From NCBI GenBank assembly GCA_963665275.2, contig CAXXIN010000019.1:1-64000 (forward strand): a stretch of DNA of 64,000 bases, read 5' to 3'. The number at the start of each line of letters is the position of its first letter. Position 1 is the first letter of the stretch. Positions 41,451 to 51,288 of the stretch are shown piece by piece. The translations under genes were made by a program, and so were the position numbers. This DNA comes from Negativicutes bacterium. Its GTDB lineage: Bacteria > Bacillota > Negativicutes > UBA1444. The notes beneath the pieces were generated by a model. It saw only the letters and a program-made list of their open reading frames with translations, searched no databases and was not told where the DNA came from.

Positions 41451-42071
41451 ATGATTCTAAAAAACAGATGGGCCACAGTGCTCATGCTCTGCACCTCGAT
41501 GCTGTTCATGACCGGTTGCTCTGGCAGCGCCGGCACCCCCACTCCCGCCGATAAGCCGGCCCCTAAAGCAGAAAATGACAAACCGACCACACCGGCAGCT
41601 CCGGCGGCAAAAAACCGTGTGGCCCGTGTTGAAACAAGCAAGGGAACCTTTAGAATCGAATTGTTTGAAGACAAGGCGCCGATTACGACGAAAAACTTCA
41701 TCGATCTGGCAACCAAGGGTTTCTATGACGGAGTCATTTTCCACCGGGTGATCGATGGGTTCATGATTCAGGGCGGCGATCCCACCGGAACGGGTCGTGG
41801 CGGCCCCGGCTACAAGATTCCTGACGAATTCCACCCCGACCTGAAACATGATGTCCCCGGCATCCTGTCGATGGCCAATGCGGGACCCAATACCGGCGGT
41901 TCCCAATTCTTCATCACCCTCGGCCCCACCCCGCATCTGAACAATCGTCATGCGGTATTCGGCAAGGTCATTGAAGGACTTGATGTCGTCAAAGCCATCG
42001 GCAAAGCGGCTACCGGCCCTGGCGACCGCCCCCTCGACGATATCGTAATGAAAAAAGTCACCATCGAATAA
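41451..42071 (+). CDS. Cyclophilin-type peptidyl-prolyl isomerase, lipoprotein
   Basis: Lipobox MTGC; [32 protein letters not shown]. Confidence 0.93.
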   Translation: MILKNRWATVLMLCTSMLFMTGCSGSAGTPTPADKPAPKAENDKPTTPAAPAAKNRVARVETSKGTFRIELFEDKAPITTKNFIDLATKGFYDGVIFHRVIDGFMIQGGDPTGTGRGGPGYKIPDEFHPDLKHDVPGILSMANAGPNTGGSQFFITLGPTPHLNNRHAVFGKVIEGLDVVKAIGKAATGPGDRPLDDIVMKKVTIE

Positions 42072-42113
42072 ATCACCATTGCAAGATAAACCTTATCCGC
42101 TCTGATAAAGGTG

Positions 42114-42145
42114 AAAAGGGAGTCCCTCGCGAGGGGCTCCCTTTT
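42114..42145. terminator. Bidirectional terminator
   Basis: aaaagggagtccc...gggctccctttt. Confidence 0.7.
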
Positions 42146-42186
42146 GTATGTCTTTTTCTTTTCTCGTTGACGCAAATCCGCCCCGG

Positions 42187-43284
42187 TTAGTGCCGGGTCT
42201 TGGCCAAGGCCAAGGCGACTCCCGTTTCGGCATCAAACAGATGAATGTTGCCGCGGACCGGCCTAACATGAATCATTTCCCCGGCACTCGGCACCGTCTC
42301 CGGCGTAGCCATGCGGATGACGATCACCTCGCCGTCTGGGGTTTTGCCATGGATCAACGCCTCGGAGCCGATATTTTCGACCACGTCGACCAGACAGGGA
42401 ATCGCTGCGCCATCTTCAACCAAGTCGAGGTTTTCCGGACGGATACCAAGAACGATACGATCACGGACCGGCGCATCTTCGCTGAATTCCGGCAGCGGCA
42501 ATGTGACGCCCTGTCCTTCGAACCTGAATCCGTCGGCTCCACGCAGGGTTTTTCCCCGCAGAAATTGCATCGGCGGCGAGCCGATGAAGGCCGCCACGAA
42601 CATGTTGGCAGGCTCCCGGTAAATGATGCCCGGTTCGCCTACCTGTTGGACATAGCCATCTTTCATTACCACGATCCGTGTTCCCATGGTCATGGCTTCC
42701 ACCTGGTCATGGGTAACATAAACCACCGTGGTTTTCAAGCGCTGGTGAAGTTTGATGAGTTCCGCCCGGGTCTGCACCCGCAGTTTGGCATCCAGATTGG
42801 ACAACGGCTCGTCCATGAGAAATACCTGCGGGTCACGGACGATCGCCCGCCCCAAAGCCACCCGCTGCTGCTGCCCCCCCGACAACTGACGGGGAAAGCG
42901 GTCCAGCAGCGCTTCGAGTCCCAAGATGGCCGCGGTTTTCTGGATGCGCGCATCCACCTCGGCTTTATCCATTCCGCGAAGCTTGAGGCTATAGGACATA
43001 TTGGAATAGACCTTCATGTGGGGGTACAGCGCATAGTTTTGAAAAACCATCGCGATGTCGCGATACTTTGGTTCCAGGTGTGTCACATCTTTGTCACCGA
43101 TGCGGATTTCCCCGGACGTTGGTTCTTCCAGGCCCGCGATCATGCGCAATGTAGTTGTCTTTCCACAACCGGAAGGACCCACCAGGACCAGAAACTCCCC
43201 ATCGACAATTTCCAGATCCATCGGCGCCACAGCTATCTGCGCGCCGAACAATTTACTGATTTTGCGTAGAGTTACCCCCGCCAT
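42187..43284 (-). CDS. ugpC: sn-glycerol-3-phosphate ABC transporter ATPase
   Basis: GPSGCGKTT, FQNYALYPH, LSGGQQQR, DEPLSNLDA; operon context. Confidence 0.9.
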   Translation of the reverse strand: MAGVTLRKISKLFGAQIAVAPMDLEIVDGEFLVLVGPSGCGKTTTLRMIAGLEEPTSGEIRIGDKDVTHLEPKYRDIAMVFQNYALYPHMKVYSNMSYSLKLRGMDKAEVDARIQKTAAILGLEALLDRFPRQLSGGQQQRVALGRAIVRDPQVFLMDEPLSNLDAKLRVQTRAELIKLHQRLKTTVVYVTHDQVEAMTMGTRIVVMKDGYVQQVGEPGIIYREPANMFVAAFIGSPPMQFLRGKTLRGADGFRFEGQGVTLPLPEFSEDAPVRDRIVLGIRPENLDLVEDGAAIPCLVDVVENIGSEALIHGKTPDGEVIVIRMATPETVPSAGEMIHVRPVRGNIHLFDAETGVALALAKTRH

Positions 43285-43299
43285 GTCGTCATCCCCTTG

Positions 43300-44646
43300 C
43301 TATTTTGCAGTCTGATTGTAACGGGTGATTGCCGCATCGACAATCCCTGCCGCTTTGGTCAATGCTTCTTTCGGTGAAGCCTGGTTGTTGAGTACCTGCT
43401 CGATTGCTGCTTCGATCTCCTGGCGAGACTGAGTGAACACGCCAAGCAATGCGCCTTGAGTCGCCTTGGTGATCGGTGTGCTATGGAGTTGGTCGACCGC
43501 AACTTTGAATTGCGGATATTTTGCATGATGCGCCTTGACGTCCGGATCATCATAGGCTTTCATCGTAACCGGGAAGTAACCGGTGTTGATGTGCCAATAG
43601 GCCTGTTGTTTCGCATCGGACATGAATTTGATGAAGGTCCATGCTGCTTTTTCTTCGGCATCCGGATGACCTGACAGCATCCACAGGGAACCGCCGCCGA
43701 TGATCACGCCGCCCTTGGCGCCTTCCGGCCGGGGCATAAAGGCCGTGCCGACATCGAATTTGCCGCCGACACCGGTTACAACGTCGCCAAGAACGCCGGT
43801 GGAATCGATCGTCATGGCCGTTTGTCCGCCGATAAAGGCTTTCTGTGTGTTAGCCGTCAAGCGGCCGATATTGCCGGCAGTACCTTCCTTGACCATTCCC
43901 TGCCACCAAGTGAGGATTTTTTCGCCCTCGGGGGAGTTGAATGACGTCGCAGTGGCTGCGGCAGCCCGGCCATTTTCGTTGTTGGCATAGAAAGCATTCT
44001 GTACCGCCATCAGCTGCTCAAAGAACCAGCCATAGATCGCGATAGTGATGCCGGGACGCGTCACTTTGCCTGATGCGTCTTTAACGGTCAGCTTGCGTGC
44101 AGCCGCTGCCACTTCGTCAAAGGTTTTGGGTGGATTTGCCGGGTCAAGTCCCGCTTCTTTAAACATGGTTTTGTTATAGTACAGGATCGGAGTCGAAGTA
44201 TTGAAAGGCATGGAGTAAAGTTTGTTGTCAACCGTATAGTAAGCCAACAAATTCGGCTCATAGGCTTTCAGGTCGATTTTGTCGGCGTCGATCCATTTTT
44301 GCACAGGAACGACGGCCTTGCTGTCGATCATGAAACGGCTGCCAATATCATAAACCTGCATGACATGAGGCGCCGATTTGGAAACGATGGATTGTTTCAA
44401 CTTGTTGATGGCATCGTCGTACGAACCCTGAAAAATAGCTTCAACAAAAATATCTTTCTGGGATGCATTGAATCGGTCCACGAGAACTTTGGTTGATTCG
44501 GACACTTTGCCCCCTACCGAATACCAGAACACGACTTTGATGGGCTTCTTTTCCTCCGTCTTAGGTTTTTCGGCGCCACCGCAACCCACTGCGCCGACCA
44601 CGAACAGGACCATGACCACCAGACACACGAGTTTTTTCCAGTTCAT
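43300..44646 (-). CDS. ugpB: G3P/glycerophosphodiester ABC substrate-binding lipoprotein
   Basis: Lipobox AVGC; SMPFNTSTPILYYNK, IGGGSLW, WHINTGYFP. Confidence 0.88.
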   Translation of the reverse strand: MNWKKLVCLVVMVLFVVGAVGCGGAEKPKTEEKKPIKVVFWYSVGGKVSESTKVLVDRFNASQKDIFVEAIFQGSYDDAINKLKQSIVSKSAPHVMQVYDIGSRFMIDSKAVVPVQKWIDADKIDLKAYEPNLLAYYTVDNKLYSMPFNTSTPILYYNKTMFKEAGLDPANPPKTFDEVAAAARKLTVKDASGKVTRPGITIAIYGWFFEQLMAVQNAFYANNENGRAAAATATSFNSPEGEKILTWWQGMVKEGTAGNIGRLTANTQKAFIGGQTAMTIDSTGVLGDVVTGVGGKFDVGTAFMPRPEGAKGGVIIGGGSLWMLSGHPDAEEKAAWTFIKFMSDAKQQAYWHINTGYFPVTMKAYDDPDVKAHHAKYPQFKVAVDQLHSTPITKATQGALLGVFTQSRQEIEAAIEQVLNNQASPKEALTKAAGIVDAAITRYNQTAK

Positions 44647-44675
44647 CCTTCATTCCCCCTATATTTAATTTCGAT

Positions 44676-45494
44676 CTATCCTTTCATAGCACCGGCTGTC
44701 ATGCCGCGGACCAGCTGTTTCTGGCCGATGATCAGCAGCAGCGCCGCCGGCAGGGATACCAATATCACCCCGGCCATGATGCTGTTCCAGGCTGCCGCCT
44801 GATCCCACTGCAACATCGCCAGACCGATCTGCACCGTCCGCATCGTGTCCTTGTTGGTCACGAGCAACGGCCAGAGGTACTGATTGTAAGTCATGAGGAA
44901 GGAGTATACCGCCAGTGTGCCGAGCGCGGGGCGCGACAGCGGCAGTACCATCGTCAGGAAAAAGCGGAAGTGGCCGCAGCCGTCGATCCGGGCGGCATCA
45001 TATAATTCTTTGGGTATGGTCATAAAAGCCTGCCGCAACAAAAAAGTCCCGAACGCCGAAGCAAGGAACGGCACAGCTAATCCCTGATACGTATCGAGCC
45101 AGTTCAGTTCGCGAATCGTGAAATAGTTGGGGATGATCGTAACTTCCCAGGGGATCATCATCGTCGACAGGAAAATATAAAAGATTGCGTTTCGTCCCTT
45201 AAAGGTAAGAAAACTAAACGCGTATGCCGCCAGGCTGGCAGTGATGAGCTGCCCGACCGTGACAATGGCGGACACAACAAAGCTATTGAAGATAAATCGG
45301 AAAATCGGTGCTGTCTCCATCGCCTTGATATAACTTAGCCAATTCATTTGCGCCGGAATGAAAACAGGCGGGTAGGAGACGCTCTCAGATGCGCTCTGAA
45401 AGCTGACCAACAAAGCGTACAGCACCGGAAAGAGCAGTAACAGGGATGCGAATGCCAAAATCAGATATTGACCTGCCTTAACCAATTTTCTCAT
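44676..45494 (-). CDS. ugpE: ABC permease
   Basis: EAA-type loop LYDAARIDG; YLWPLL. Confidence 0.85.
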   Translation of the reverse strand: MRKLVKAGQYLILAFASLLLLFPVLYALLVSFQSASESVSYPPVFIPAQMNWLSYIKAMETAPIFRFIFNSFVVSAIVTVGQLITASLAAYAFSFLTFKGRNAIFYIFLSTMMIPWEVTIIPNYFTIRELNWLDTYQGLAVPFLASAFGTFLLRQAFMTIPKELYDAARIDGCGHFRFFLTMVLPLSRPALGTLAVYSFLMTYNQYLWPLLVTNKDTMRTVQIGLAMLQWDQAAAWNSIMAGVILVSLPAALLLIIGQKQLVRGMTAGAMKG

Positions 45495-46363
45495 TTATAG
45501 AACACCTTCTTTTCCAGAATCACGAATTCCAGCAACGTCAAAACGAGAATGATCAGGAAAAGAACGAGAGCCTGCGCGCTGGCATAGCTGAAATGGAAAT
45601 TGAAAAAGGCTTCGCGATAAATCGAATAGACTATGACGCTGGTCGCCCCAGCGGGACCACCCTGCGTCAGGATGTTAATTTCGCCGAAGGTCTGCAACGC
45701 ATTGATCACCGATACGATGAACACAAAAAACAGCGTCGGCGACATCATCGGCAGTGTAATATCCTTGAACTGACGGAATGCTCCGGCGCCGTCGATACGG
45801 GCGCTTTCATATAGCGGTTCGGGGATGGCCTGCAGCCCGGACAACAGAACAATCGTATTGAAGCCCAGTGAGCGCCAGACTGAAACGACACAGACCGAAA
45901 TCAGAGCCCATTTGGGGTCGGACAGCCAGTTCACCTGCGACAGCCCCAGCTTTGAAAGGAAAAAAGTCAGGATCCCGGCGCTCGGATTGAAGATCAACAT
46001 CCAGATCATCGAAGCGCTGGCCACGGCGATCACGAGCGGAGACGCAAAGATCGTGCGGAAAAGCCCGATGCCTTTCAGACGCCAGTTCGCGATATAAGCC
46101 AGCGCCATGCCGAGAACGATACCGGGCACGACGGTGTAGATGGTAAATAACAAAGTAATCCAGAGATTCTGACCGAAATTGCCGGTCGTAAAAATCTCCA
46201 CATACTGGCTGAAACCAACATAATATTTTTCAACGCCGATAATGTTCGTTTCATGCATGCTGAGCCGGATTGACTTCAACAATGGATAAAACACAAACAG
46301 CGTAAAAATCACCAGTGATGGCCCCAAATACAGTGCTGCCCGTCCAAGATTCCGCCAAACCAC
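45491..46363 (-). CDS. ugpA: ABC permease
   Basis: LYESARIDGA, ITLPMMSPT, TQGGP. Confidence 0.85.
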   Translation of the reverse strand: MVWRNLGRAALYLGPSLVIFTLFVFYPLLKSIRLSMHETNIIGVEKYYVGFSQYVEIFTTGNFGQNLWITLLFTIYTVVPGIVLGMALAYIANWRLKGIGLFRTIFASPLVIAVASASMIWMLIFNPSAGILTFFLSKLGLSQVNWLSDPKWALISVCVVSVWRSLGFNTIVLLSGLQAIPEPLYESARIDGAGAFRQFKDITLPMMSPTLFFVFIVSVINALQTFGEINILTQGGPAGATSVIVYSIYREAFFNFHFSYASAQALVLFLIILVLTLLEFVILEKKVFYK

Positions 46364-46383
46364 TTAAGTCACCCCCGAGTCAA

Positions 46384-46441
46384 ATTATAGCCCGCCTGAA
46401 TAGAACTTAGTTGATTGATACAGTTAATTTCTGGTTAATTT
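46384..46441 (-). promoter_or_regulatory. ugp promoter: TATAAT -10 plus an 11-bp-spaced direct repeat (Pho-box-like)
   Basis: attata at 46384-46389; gttaattt at 46423 and 46434. Confidence 0.4.
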
Positions 46442-46483
46442 TACAAAACCCTCTTTTGCAGTCCCGGGCTTCTTGCACCTTTC

Positions 46484-47686
46484 TCAGGCTTTTCCTGCCT
46501 CATAGGAGCGTCGCAGCAACGTCATCGGGTGAAGCGCGGGGACGCCGGTGTTCTGTGAAAGCTGCATGCGGCATCCGCTGCAGTCGGAAACGATGGCGTC
46601 CGGCGCGTACTCTCTGATTCGTTGGAACGCAGGTTCGCCGATGGCCATGGCGATTTCATGCTTGTCCACTTGGAACCCATAAGTTCCTGACTGACCGCAG
46701 CAGCCTGCGTCCACATCTTCAATCTGAAACCCCGGAATCTGCGAAAGCAGTTCCAGACTGGGGCGGCCGATTCCCTGCGCCCGCAGATGGCAGGGGGTAT
46801 GATACATATATCGCCCGGGTACCGGCCCGAATTTCATGTTCAGCCTGCCTTGGTCCTTCAGTTCCAGCAGGAATTCTGAAGAATCGTAGTTGAGTTCAGC
46901 CAGTTTGTCCATGTAGTCCAGATCCATCAATTCCTGGATTTCCATCTTCAGCATCAGTCCGCAGCTGGTGCAGCAAGTGATGATCGGCAGTCCCTGATCA
47001 ATGAACGGCCTGAATACTTCAATATTTTTCCGGGCCTTGTCCACCGCTTCGTCCAAATATCCCTGAATCACCTGCGGGGATCCACAGCAATCAAAGCCAT
47101 CCGGCACAATAACCTCAAAGCTATTTTGCTGCATAACGGCTACGAAATCCATCCCTATGCCTGGTTCATAGTAATTAATGTAACAACCGGGAAAAAATAC
47201 GACCTTATCTGAGAAACTCTGCTGCTTCAAAGCATGGAATTGCCGGAGAAAAGTTTTGGGGGCGTAGGCTGGCAAGCTCATCTTATCCGTTACACCGATC
47301 ATTTTCAGGATCATTTTCGTCACTGGATTGGCCATGCCAAAATTGGACAGCGCCGCTATTGGACTCGCCAGCTTGGAGATGATGTCGGAATGGGCCAGGA
47401 TCCACTCAAGCAAGCTGTGCTGTTTGGTTTTGTATAGTTTGGACTTGGCCAGCATATTCAAAGTAGAGATCGGTACGCCGGATGGACAGGATATATCGCA
47501 GTTTTTGCAGTTCGAGCAGTATTCCAACGAAAACTCCGTGTTCTCATCCACGCCCCTGAATCGCTCCAGCGCCGGGCCCATCATTTTAGGTCCGGCATAC
47601 TTGCGTGTGACGGCAGAAACGGGACAGTACGCGACACAGGAAGTACAGGCTATGCAACTGTCAGGATCATTGTGTTTTTTTTTCAT
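46484..47686 (-). CDS. glpC: Anaerobic G3P dehydrogenase subunit C
   Basis: Two CxxCxxCxxxCP motifs and two CCG domains. Confidence 0.92.
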   Translation of the reverse strand: MKKKHNDPDSCIACTSCVAYCPVSAVTRKYAGPKMMGPALERFRGVDENTEFSLEYCSNCKNCDISCPSGVPISTLNMLAKSKLYKTKQHSLLEWILAHSDIISKLASPIAALSNFGMANPVTKMILKMIGVTDKMSLPAYAPKTFLRQFHALKQQSFSDKVVFFPGCYINYYEPGIGMDFVAVMQQNSFEVIVPDGFDCCGSPQVIQGYLDEAVDKARKNIEVFRPFIDQGLPIITCCTSCGLMLKMEIQELMDLDYMDKLAELNYDSSEFLLELKDQGRLNMKFGPVPGRYMYHTPCHLRAQGIGRPSLELLSQIPGFQIEDVDAGCCGQSGTYGFQVDKHEIAMAIGEPAFQRIREYAPDAIVSDCSGCRMQLSQNTGVPALHPMTLLRRSYEAGKA

Positions 47687-47698
47687 TATATTTTCCTC

Positions 47699-48943
47699 CT
47701 ATGCCTCGAGACCAGCCCGATAGGCAGTGGCCAGAGCGACACCATTGCCCGATTTTTCAGAGCAATAATCATAGCCAGCCAAGGTCTTGCCGGCGACAAA
47801 CACATTTTCCAACAGAACATTTCCCGCATCATCCACAGGTCGCAGTTTGTCATCGACCTTCACGCCGAATTTGGCGAACGGCTGCCCCGAGGTGAAAAAC
47901 AGGTGTTCCTGGCTCCATTGGTCCGTTTGGGCCGGAACCTGGACAGGCAGATTGAATATATTTTCCCTCACTTGACCTGGAGCAGCCTGCAGGCCGCCGC
48001 CGAATAATCCGCCTGTTGCCAGAATGAAGGACTGGGCCCGATAGATGCGCTCACGGTCCAGGTTGCCTGTCACGATCTCGCAGCAGCGTCCATTCGTGAT
48101 TGTCGCCCGCAGCACATTAGACTGCTCGATCACGCGCACCTTCAGTTGGGTCATGCACTTGACCAACAGCCTGCGCAGCCTGTAGCCGGTCACAGCCGGA
48201 GGCAGGCCGACGGTTTCCAGGACATGGCACTGCGTGGCTTGCTCAATTTTATGGAACAACTCATAATCCGGACGGGTACCCAATACGGGCGGTACTAAAA
48301 TTACACTATGCGGCCTGACGGAGCGGGAAAGTTGATCAAAGCAGGAGACCTGTCCTTTTTCCGTGTCCAGCCAGCGGGCGACGTCCAGCGCCGTCAAATC
48401 TCTGCCGTCCTCGATGCCCGTTTTCAGTGTCACGATTGAATATTTTTTCCGATAGCCGGGGCACTGGGCCAGCCCATCGGCGATAATTTTGCCTGAGTAA
48501 TCCTTCAGGCCGTCAACCGCAACCACAGCGACCTCATCTGCAGCCTTCAAGTGAGCCGCATTCATAGTCAGGGGAACGAGACAACTGGGCTTCACGCGTC
48601 CGAGTGCGGTAGGAATCCATTGATTTTCCTGCAGATTTCCCAGATAGGGATAGCCGGCTTCCTCACAAAGCGATAGGAATGCCTGAGCCGCCTGAGCCAC
48701 GGTTTCCCTGCCAAGCAGCGTATAGGGATGGGCTGATTCCAGGTGCGTCATCGCTTCCCAGGGACTGCGCACAGGGACGCCGGAGGCATCATACCCCAGC
48801 ATGTCGATGGTGCCGCCGCCGATGGCGATAGCGCCGACCCCTTTGGTCACGAGCAGAACCTGCCTGCCCCGCCTGGCTGCGGTAATCGCGGCGAAAATTC
48901 CCGCCAGTCCGCCGCCTATAACAATAACGTCATTCTCTTTCAT
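47699..48943 (-). CDS. glpB: Anaerobic G3P dehydrogenase subunit B
   Basis: GGGLAG, PTALG, LPPAVTG.RL, LATGG.FGGGL, SGNGVA. Confidence 0.92.
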   Translation of the reverse strand: MKENDVIVIGGGLAGIFAAITAARRGRQVLLVTKGVGAIAIGGGTIDMLGYDASGVPVRSPWEAMTHLESAHPYTLLGRETVAQAAQAFLSLCEEAGYPYLGNLQENQWIPTALGRVKPSCLVPLTMNAAHLKAADEVAVVAVDGLKDYSGKIIADGLAQCPGYRKKYSIVTLKTGIEDGRDLTALDVARWLDTEKGQVSCFDQLSRSVRPHSVILVPPVLGTRPDYELFHKIEQATQCHVLETVGLPPAVTGYRLRRLLVKCMTQLKVRVIEQSNVLRATITNGRCCEIVTGNLDRERIYRAQSFILATGGLFGGGLQAAPGQVRENIFNLPVQVPAQTDQWSQEHLFFTSGQPFAKFGVKVDDKLRPVDDAGNVLLENVFVAGKTLAGYDYCSEKSGNGVALATAYRAGLEA

Positions 48944-50543
48944 CTGGCACCGCCCCGTCTATATTCAGTCCCGCTTCGTAGATTCCGCGGGTCAACTCGA
49001 CCTCACGCATCTGATGTCCCCAAATAATCGGCCGGATCCCATTCCAACGGGATTCCAGAAACTCACGCAGCAATTCGGCTGGCGCTGTCCCCTTGGCCAG
49101 ATCATTGTCCACCATCATCCCCACGCCGCGCAGCCCGCAATATGTTCCCTGGCAGGTTCCCATCCCCATTCGGGTACGGCGGCGGATATCGCTCATGGAA
49201 AAAGTGGATGCATCAGCAGCCACGGTTTCGACTTCCGCCAGCGTGACCAGTTCACACTCGCAAACCAGTTCTCTTTTCTGCGGATTCGCTTGAACCCGTT
49301 CCACAGCCTCGGCGAAATCAGGCCCCAGCCGCGAAGCGGCAAGCTCGATCCCAAAAGACGGAAAAAACTGTTTGGCGCTCTTCATCAACTCAGGCGACAC
49401 ATCTTCAACCAAGGCTTCTTCTGCCGTTCGACAACTGGCGCCAACCGCCAATTGGCGGCAGACGAGATCAGAGATTTTTTCCGCCATCAGCCGGTAGGTC
49501 GTAAGCTTACCGCCGACAATACTGACAAACCCCCGTAACCCTTCTCCTGAATGGTCGAGGGTCACAAAATTGCGCGAGATTTCCCGGCCATCCGCCGTAG
49601 GATCGGCGCAATACAGGGGCCTGGTGCCGGTGTAGGCGCGCAGGAGACGGAACTGCGGCAGCTCTTCGAACAGGGCTTTCCCAGCCCCGATCAGCTCCAG
49701 AACTTCTTGCGTCGCCGGCGTAAAATCATCAGGTTTCAGTGCGGGCGAAGAAGTCGTTCCCAGCAGTGTAACTGAACCATGGGGCACAAAAATATCACCG
49801 TTGGCTGGTGGCCGGAGACGATTGACAACCCGATCGGTAAACCGGTGATTGAAAGCAATCAGCGTACCCTTGTCCGGGATGACGTTGATGGAAATTCCTG
49901 CAAGCTCGGCCACCTTGCCCACCCAGGAACCGGCCGCGTTAATGACAACGCTGCAGTGTATCAGGTCAAGCTCCCCCGTAATAGTGTTGCGGATTCGCAC
50001 GCCTTCCACCTGGTTGTTTTTCTGCTCGATCCCTGTCACTTCGGTATACGTCAACACCCGGCCGCCATATTTTTTGGCGGACAACACATTTTGCCTGCAC
50101 AGACGAAACCCGTCCACTGCGGCATCCGGGACGCGGTAGACCGATTCCGCCCTCTTTGTCAGATGGGGTTCCAGGCGATGCGCTTCTGCCAGATCCAGCT
50201 TCACAATCGGAATACCGGCTGTTTGGCAGCCCGCTACCCATTTGGGCTCGTAGGCAAGATCATCTTCCGGCAGACGCACGAAATATCCTTCGGTTTCTTC
50301 AACACAGTGCCGTCCGATCCTGCGTAGGATCGTATTTTCTTCGGCGCACTCTCTCGCTGACTCGGGATCTTTCACCGCATAGCGTCCACCACTGTGCAGC
50401 AGCCCGTGAAATCGCGAACTTGCCCCATAAGCCAAGTCGCGCTGTTCAAGCAAAATCGCCGCAACGCCCCGCATCGACAGGTCCCGCAGGATCCCGACAC
50501 CGGTCGCTCCGCCGCCGACGATGACCACTGTTGTTTTTTCCAT
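48930..50543 (-). CDS. glpA: Anaerobic G3P dehydrogenase subunit A
   Basis: GGGATG, HGLLHSGGRY, GGKLTTYRLMAE, CECE...RRRTRMGMGTCQGTYC. Confidence 0.94.
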   Translation of the reverse strand: MEKTTVVIVGGGATGVGILRDLSMRGVAAILLEQRDLAYGASSRFHGLLHSGGRYAVKDPESARECAEENTILRRIGRHCVEETEGYFVRLPEDDLAYEPKWVAGCQTAGIPIVKLDLAEAHRLEPHLTKRAESVYRVPDAAVDGFRLCRQNVLSAKKYGGRVLTYTEVTGIEQKNNQVEGVRIRNTITGELDLIHCSVVINAAGSWVGKVAELAGISINVIPDKGTLIAFNHRFTDRVVNRLRPPANGDIFVPHGSVTLLGTTSSPALKPDDFTPATQEVLELIGAGKALFEELPQFRLLRAYTGTRPLYCADPTADGREISRNFVTLDHSGEGLRGFVSIVGGKLTTYRLMAEKISDLVCRQLAVGASCRTAEEALVEDVSPELMKSAKQFFPSFGIELAASRLGPDFAEAVERVQANPQKRELVCECELVTLAEVETVAADASTFSMSDIRRRTRMGMGTCQGTYCGLRGVGMMVDNDLAKGTAPAELLREFLESRWNGIRPIIWGHQMREVELTRGIYEAGLNIDGAVPDERE

Positions 50544-50580
50544 CCGACTTTTCCTCCACTTCTTTGTCACGGCAAAAGGC

Positions 50581-50650
50581 AAAAATAAAAGTCCCGACCC
50601 GCTTTGTGCTTAGCACAAAATACGTGTCAGGACTATCTCTCATTCTCTAA
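50581..50650 (-). promoter_or_regulatory. GlpP-type attenuator in the glpA leader
   Basis: AGAGAATGAGAGAT then AGTCCTGAC...GTCGGGACT stem and U-tract, between glpP and glpA. Confidence 0.7.
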
Positions 50651-50700
50651 GACTCCGACGCCTTTATTTTACGCCGCCGGATGCGACCCGTCAAGCTTAA

Positions 50701-51267
50701 TCAAAGATTCCACAGCTGACGCTGGCTGGTGCTCACTGCGCAGGCTCCGTTAGCTACGGCCTGTTCCAGATCTTGCTGCGATCGCACCAGACCGCCGGCG
50801 AGAATCGGCACATCCGTGGCCGCTTTCAGCTCGGCCAATACACTGGCCGGAGTAGATGCCGGCAACGCTTCGATCGCATCCGGCCGGAAGCCCTTCAGCA
50901 TATGAATGCCCGTCCGAAGCGATTCGGAGTCCAACAGGAACATCCTCTGGATCACCCGCATCCCTTCCTGCTGTGCAATCTTGCCGAGCTGGGGTTTCGT
51001 AGTGAGCAAGCCTCGCAGACCCAGCTTGGCCAAAAATACGATACCGGCCCGGTCACGGCCGACACCATCAAGCAGATCCAGATGGACCAGTAGCAGTTTG
51101 CCGGCAGCTTCGGCCCGGCGGAGAAGATCCGGCAGTGAATTGATATCGCCGAACAGGATAATCAGACTGGGCGCCTGGGGCAAGCGCAGCGCGCAGACGA
51201 AGTCGGCCTCTGTGCGGCAGGCCGGGATAGCATGTCCAGAGCAAAGCCAAGGCATTTTTTTCATCAT
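50701..51267 (-). CDS. glpP: Glycerol-3-phosphate-responsive antiterminator
   Basis: VHLDLLDG, IQRMFLLDS, PDAIEALP, AGGLV, AVSTS. Confidence 0.93.
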   Translation of the reverse strand: MMKKMPWLCSGHAIPACRTEADFVCALRLPQAPSLIILFGDINSLPDLLRRAEAAGKLLLVHLDLLDGVGRDRAGIVFLAKLGLRGLLTTKPQLGKIAQQEGMRVIQRMFLLDSESLRTGIHMLKGFRPDAIEALPASTPASVLAELKAATDVPILAGGLVRSQQDLEQAVANGACAVSTSQRQLWNL

Positions 51268-51288
51268 CGGTTCAAATCCATTCTATCC

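Noticed and set aside
42148-43269. 373-aa plus-strand ORF
   Set aside because: Antisense shadow of ugpC; no motifs.
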